Shown here one piece after another: positions 60,192 through 64,000 of a stretch of DNA of 64,000 nt (position 1 is its first letter; every line of letters starts with the position of its first letter). A program made the position numbers and the translations under genes. The notes under the pieces are model-generated. The model ran no database searches and had not been told where the DNA came from. It saw only the letters and a program-made list of their open reading frames with translations. Where the stretch lies: the NCBI GenBank assembly GCA_964508565.1, contig CAZDUB010000006.1, positions 10,647 to 74,646 of the forward strand, written 5' to 3'. The stretch comes from an uncultured Elusimicrobia bacterium. Its GTDB lineage: Bacteria > Elusimicrobiota > Endomicrobiia > DTEH01.

Positions 60192-61077
60192 AAATTTTAG
60201 AAATCTAATAACTAAATTTAAATTATATTTAATGGCAGAACAAAATGTGTCTCCTAATACGACCATTGCTTATATAGGAGATATAACAGAATTTTTTTGG
60301 TTTGTTTTTAGTAAACTGAAAATTAAAGAAGTTGAACTTGTTAACAAAGTAGTAGTAAGAAGTTTCATATCTTACTTACAAGATTTAAATTATGAAAAAT
60401 CATCAATTATAAGAAAAGTAAATAGTTTAAAAACATTTTTTAGATTTTTGATTAGAAAAAAGATCATTCAATTTAACCCAGTTTTATATATAAGCAACAT
60501 AAAGAAAGCACAACGGCTACCCACCTTTCTTACTAAAGAAGAAATAGAAAATTTGTTTTCTTTAATAGAACCTAAAGATTTTGCTTCAGCAAGGGATAGA
60601 GCATTGTTAGAGCTTTTTTATTCTTCAGGGTTGCGAATTTCCGAAGTTGCCCAACTTACAGAAGATGATATAGATTTATATGAGGGGTTAGTTACAGTAA
60701 AAGGAAAAGGAAATAAAGAACGGATTGTACCTGTAGGAGATATAGCTTTAAAGTATCTTAGGGAATATATGAGATATAAACACAAATTAGTAAATGCTGA
60801 AAAATATTTGTTTTTAAATAAGTTTGGACAAAGATTAAGTGTACGTGGCATAAGAAAAGTAGTATCTAAATGGATTAAAAAAGCGGCAATACACAAGAAA
60901 GTAACCCCACATACATTTAGACATACTTTTGCAACTCACTTATTAGAAGCAGGTTGTGATTTAAGAAGTATCCAAGAGATGTTAGGACACCAGAGTTTGT
61001 CCACTACAAATATATATACGCATTTAACCATAGAGAGATTAAAAAAAATATATCAAGAAGTCCACCCAAGAAAATGA
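60127..61077 (+). CDS. xerC: Tyrosine recombinase XerC/XerD family
   Basis: SGLRISE, GKGNKER, PHTFRHTFATH, LGHQSLSTTNIYTH (R-K-H-R-H-Y intact). Confidence 0.88.
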   Translation: MKNQELKQNQLQITQIFQKLPENFRNLITKFKLYLMAEQNVSPNTTIAYIGDITEFFWFVFSKLKIKEVELVNKVVVRSFISYLQDLNYEKSSIIRKVNSLKTFFRFLIRKKIIQFNPVLYISNIKKAQRLPTFLTKEEIENLFSLIEPKDFASARDRALLELFYSSGLRISEVAQLTEDDIDLYEGLVTVKGKGNKERIVPVGDIALKYLREYMRYKHKLVNAEKYLFLNKFGQRLSVRGIRKVVSKWIKKAAIHKKVTPHTFRHTFATHLLEAGCDLRSIQEMLGHQSLSTTNIYTHLTIERLKKIYQEVHPRK

Positions 61078-61817
61078 AAACCAATTACAAAGTATTAAAA
61101 TATAAATTGGCTATAAATAACAGGCATTTATACTCTTGCGGTTTTATTTTGTTAAATAGCAAAACTAAAAGTGTTGAAAGAATATGTTGTGTTGTTTCAT
61201 ATAATCCCGCAATATTTGAGGTGGATGTTAAACAAGATATTGATAAAATAGAAACAATTGTTTACAAATCTAAATTTGACGAAGGTTGTTGTTCAGAACT
61301 GACTCGAAAACTATATGTGTCATTTCATAATTTAGAAGAAAAGATATCTTCTGTTATTGAGAATGAATCAGAAGAAGCAATAAAAAATTTATTAATAGAA
61401 TCTTTAAATATAGATGATAGACAAAACATAAGGTTTGAATATTCTGTTGAAAATCTAAAATATAATATAGAAGATACTTCTGATTATTCTAGAATAGAAA
61501 CCGACGCAAACAAATTTAGTAGTAATAAATTTTTCATTAAAGCAAAACCAGTTATTGAAAATAAAAAGGGAGTAAGTATAGAAAAACTTAAGTTAAAAAA
61601 TGAGATATTGTGTGAGTTGACAGATAATAGAGAAATAGTAAAATATATAATGAGAATTTTGTTTGCGAAAGATAAAGATGAAAAAAGATTCTATGCAAGA
61701 ATAATAGAAATAAATAAAAAAAATGAACGGTATTATGAAATAATATGCTCTCTTACTCCTATAATTCTTACAAAAATAATAGTAGAAAAAACTAAAAAAT
61801 TAGTGGTAAAAAAATAA
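61074..61817 (+). CDS. Hypothetical protein (247 aa)
   Basis: Long ORF overlapping xerC by ATGA and ending 1 nt before the next ATG; no motif recognised. Confidence 0.75.
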   Translation: MKTNYKVLKYKLAINNRHLYSCGFILLNSKTKSVERICCVVSYNPAIFEVDVKQDIDKIETIVYKSKFDEGCCSELTRKLYVSFHNLEEKISSVIENESEEAIKNLLIESLNIDDRQNIRFEYSVENLKYNIEDTSDYSRIETDANKFSSNKFFIKAKPVIENKKGVSIEKLKLKNEILCELTDNREIVKYIMRILFAKDKDEKRFYARIIEINKKNERYYEIICSLTPIILTKIIVEKTKKLVVKK

Positions 61818-61818
61818 C

Positions 61819-64000
61819 ATGAATGATGAAAAAGATATAGAATTAAACGATTTGGATAAAGAGATTTATCAAGCAGAAAGAGAAATTTCACAATCAACTG
61901 TTAATTTTTTAAGGAACAAAATTGCACAACAAAAAGAACAATTTGAAAAGTTTAGTATAGCTAAGCAGAAAGAAATACAAGAATTACAGGAAAAGTTAAA
62001 AAATACTGAGGAAGCTTTAAAACAAACTCAAGCATTGTTAGAGAGATATCAACAATCAGAATTAGAAAATTTAAAAAAAGCAGCTGAAGAGCTACAAAGA
62101 CAAAAAGAGAAGGAAATGCAACGGTGGAAAATGATTGAAGAGGAGATTAAAAAATTCAAAGAAATTTCTTATTCTTCAGAACTAAGATTGAAAGAAGAAA
62201 TAAAAAGGTATCAAGAATTAAAACAACTATATGAAGAAAAAGTGAAGGAATGGGAAAATAAGTTCCTCCAGTTAGAAGTAGAACTACAAAATTATAAAGA
62301 ATTGTTATCCAAAAAAGAAGAAGAAATAATAAAGATTAACGAGGTAAAAAATAACGAAATTTCACAATTAAATCAAGAAATAGAAAAATTAAGAAAACAA
62401 ATTATTGACGAAAAAAGGACTTATGAACAAAGGATAAATGAAGCAAACGACACAATTAAAGAATTACAAGAAAGTTTAAACCAAGTATTGTTAAAGCAAC
62501 AACATTGGAAATTAGAAGCAGAGAAATATAAAGAATATTTACAAGAAAAAACTTTACAGATTGAACAGTATGAATTAAATATGAAACATTTGAAAGAAGA
62601 AGCAGAAGCTAAATATAGACAATATGAAGAACAGATAAACAAATATAAACAACAAATAGAATCACAATCAGTTGCTTTCCAAAATGAGAAAAAACAATTC
62701 CAAGACAGTTATGAAACAGAAATTGGTAAATTGAAATACGAGTTAGCAGAAGAAAGGAAGATAACTCACGAATTAACAAACATAAATAAAAACTTAGAAC
62801 AACAACTATTACAAAAAGAGGAACAAATTCAGAAACTTAAAAATGAACTAAAAAGTTTTGAAGCAGTAAAATTACAAGAATTTAAACAATTAAACGATAA
62901 AATTTCTTATTTAAATCAGGAAAACGAAAAGTTAATTTTAGAATTAAATCAGATAAAGCATAATTATGAAGAAGAACATAAATTAAGAATGATTATTGAA
63001 CAAAAACTTGATAACATAATAGCTGAAAAAAACAGACTTATTGAACAACTAAACAAAGATATAGAAGTTTGGAAGCATACACTTGAAGAAGAAAAGACTA
63101 AGGCAGAACAAAGGATAAATGCATTGATTGAGAGGTACGAAAATATTGTATCGTCTAGGAATGAAGAAATTAAAAAATTGCAGCAAGAGCTGATTGTTTT
63201 AGAAAACGAATATAATGAATTAAGAAAAATCTATCAAGAAACAAAGATAAATAATCAACACTCGCAAGCATCTGTTGATTATTTAGAAAAAAAAGTTGAA
63301 GAATTAAACAACCAACTACAAACAGAACGTGATAGATTCGCTGAAATTTTATCTTCCGAAAGGGCAAGTTGGGAAGAGAGAAGTAAGAAATATAATGAAG
63401 AATTGGAAAAAATTAAAATGGAGTATGAAGAAAAAATTAATTTTATGAAAAAAACAGAGGAAGGGCTGTTAAATGAGATAAAAAATTTAGATGTGGAATA
63501 CAAAAAATTATTAATTGTTAAAAACGATTTAGAAGAGAAAATAAAAAGCCTTTATGATGAAAATGAAAGTTTAAAACAAGCATTGGAATCTAAAACAAAT
63601 GAATATATAAAAAAATTAGAAGAACAAAAAATTTATTATGAAGAGAACATCAAGAAGTTAAACTCACAAATAGAGAAATTACAAAATGATTATTCTAATC
63701 TTCAAGTTCAAAAGAACAATGAGATATCAAATTTAATCTCACAATATGAAGAAAAAATTAAACAAATAGAAGAAAATTTTGCACAACAGTATAATAATTT
63801 TAATTCAGAAAGAAATGAACTTTTGAAAAAAATAGATGCTCTATCGTTAAAGATACAAGAATTAAATAGAGAAAAAGAAATATTATTGAATATAAAAAAC
63901 GAAAATGAAAAAATAATTAACGATTTGAAAGTAGAAATGAAAAAACAAATAGAACAAAAAAATAAAGAAATAGAAAATCTAAACCTACTTATTGATGAGG
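61819..64000 (+). CDS. Very long coiled-coil protein, 3'-truncated by the window edge; not in the ORF track
   Basis: Hand translation from ATG 61819 gives 727 sense codons with no stop; E/K/Q/N/L/I-rich, zero Pro, zero Cys, two Gly. Confidence 0.92.
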   Translation, partial: MNDEKDIELNDLDKEIYQAEREISQSTVNFLRNKIAQQKEQFEKFSIAKQKEIQELQEKLKNTEEALKQTQALLERYQQSELENLKKAAEELQRQKEKEMQRWKMIEEEIKKFKEISYSSELRLKEEIKRYQELKQLYEEKVKEWENKFLQLEVELQNYKELLSKKEEEIIKINEVKNNEISQLNQEIEKLRKQIIDEKRTYEQRINEANDTIKELQESLNQVLLKQQHWKLEAEKYKEYLQEKTLQIEQYELNMKHLKEEAEAKYRQYEEQINKYKQQIESQSVAFQNEKKQFQDSYETEIGKLKYELAEERKITHELTNINKNLEQQLLQKEEQIQKLKNELKSFEAVKLQEFKQLNDKISYLNQENEKLILELNQIKHNYEEEHKLRMIIEQKLDNIIAEKNRLIEQLNKDIEVWKHTLEEEKTKAEQRINALIERYENIVSSRNEEIKKLQQELIVLENEYNELRKIYQETKINNQHSQASVDYLEKKVEELNNQLQTERDRFAEILSSERASWEERSKKYNEELEKIKMEYEEKINFMKKTEEGLLNEIKNLDVEYKKLLIVKNDLEEKIKSLYDENESLKQALESKTNEYIKKLEEQKIYYEENIKKLNSQIEKLQNDYSNLQVQKNNEISNLISQYEEKIKQIEENFAQQYNNFNSERNELLKKIDALSLKIQELNREKEILLNIKNENEKIINDLKVEMKKQIEQKNKEIENLNLLIDE

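Noticed and set aside
60127-61817. dif site or prophage att site near xerC
   Set aside because: No dif-like 28-mer or phage genes recognised; the genes are contiguous.
2019-63503. Numerous 60-160 aa ORFs antisense to or nested in recognised genes (e.g. 2019..2432, 22238..22711, 42999..43445, 48957..49319, 62421..62642)
   Set aside because: Shadow ORFs from AT-rich codon bias; no motifs, and fully overlapping well-supported genes.
61819-64000. SMC/SbcC call for the coiled-coil ORF
   Set aside because: No N-terminal Walker A head, and no hinge-like Gly/Pro region within 727 residues.

Overview
AT-rich bacterial chromosomal window (standard code; TGA is used as stop), mostly housekeeping genes on the + strand. 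In order: the end of the spc/alpha ribosomal operon (adk-map-infA-rpmJ-rpsM-rpsK-rpsD-rpoA-rplQ) running into mreBCD-mrdA-rodA, a fused radical SAM protein, rpmA-obgE, six tRNAs and a sugar ABC ATPase. Next come a short minus-strand block (small Cys-rich protein, YfhO-like, TatD, radical SAM) and MFS-nitroreductase-NUDIX-xseB-ispA-dxs-purS/L/Q-tlyA. A partly decayed surface-polysaccharide locus follows (flippase, methyltransferases, glycosyltransferases, a dead AbiEi/AbiEii toxin-antitoxin pair, recA, asnB). The window ends with ribD-ribE-ribBA, rplU-rpsA, a competence-like block (comM, TsaP-like LysM, dprA, topA, xerC) and the first 727 codons of a proline-free coiled-coil protein that is missing from the ORF track. 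The most unusual feature is a ~700-nt intergenic mosaic (30332-31038) at the head of the polysaccharide locus. It is built from abutting hairpin or degenerate tandem-repeat modules of 6-, 7-, 8- and 9-nt period. The same repeat families recur in the tRNA cluster, in another intergenic gap, and as in-frame inserts inside a methyltransferase and a glycosyltransferase. Also notable is a GT2 + GT-C + PAP2 triple-fusion enzyme. All calls come from motif reading and hand translation; no database search was run, and taxonomy cannot be fixed from this window.
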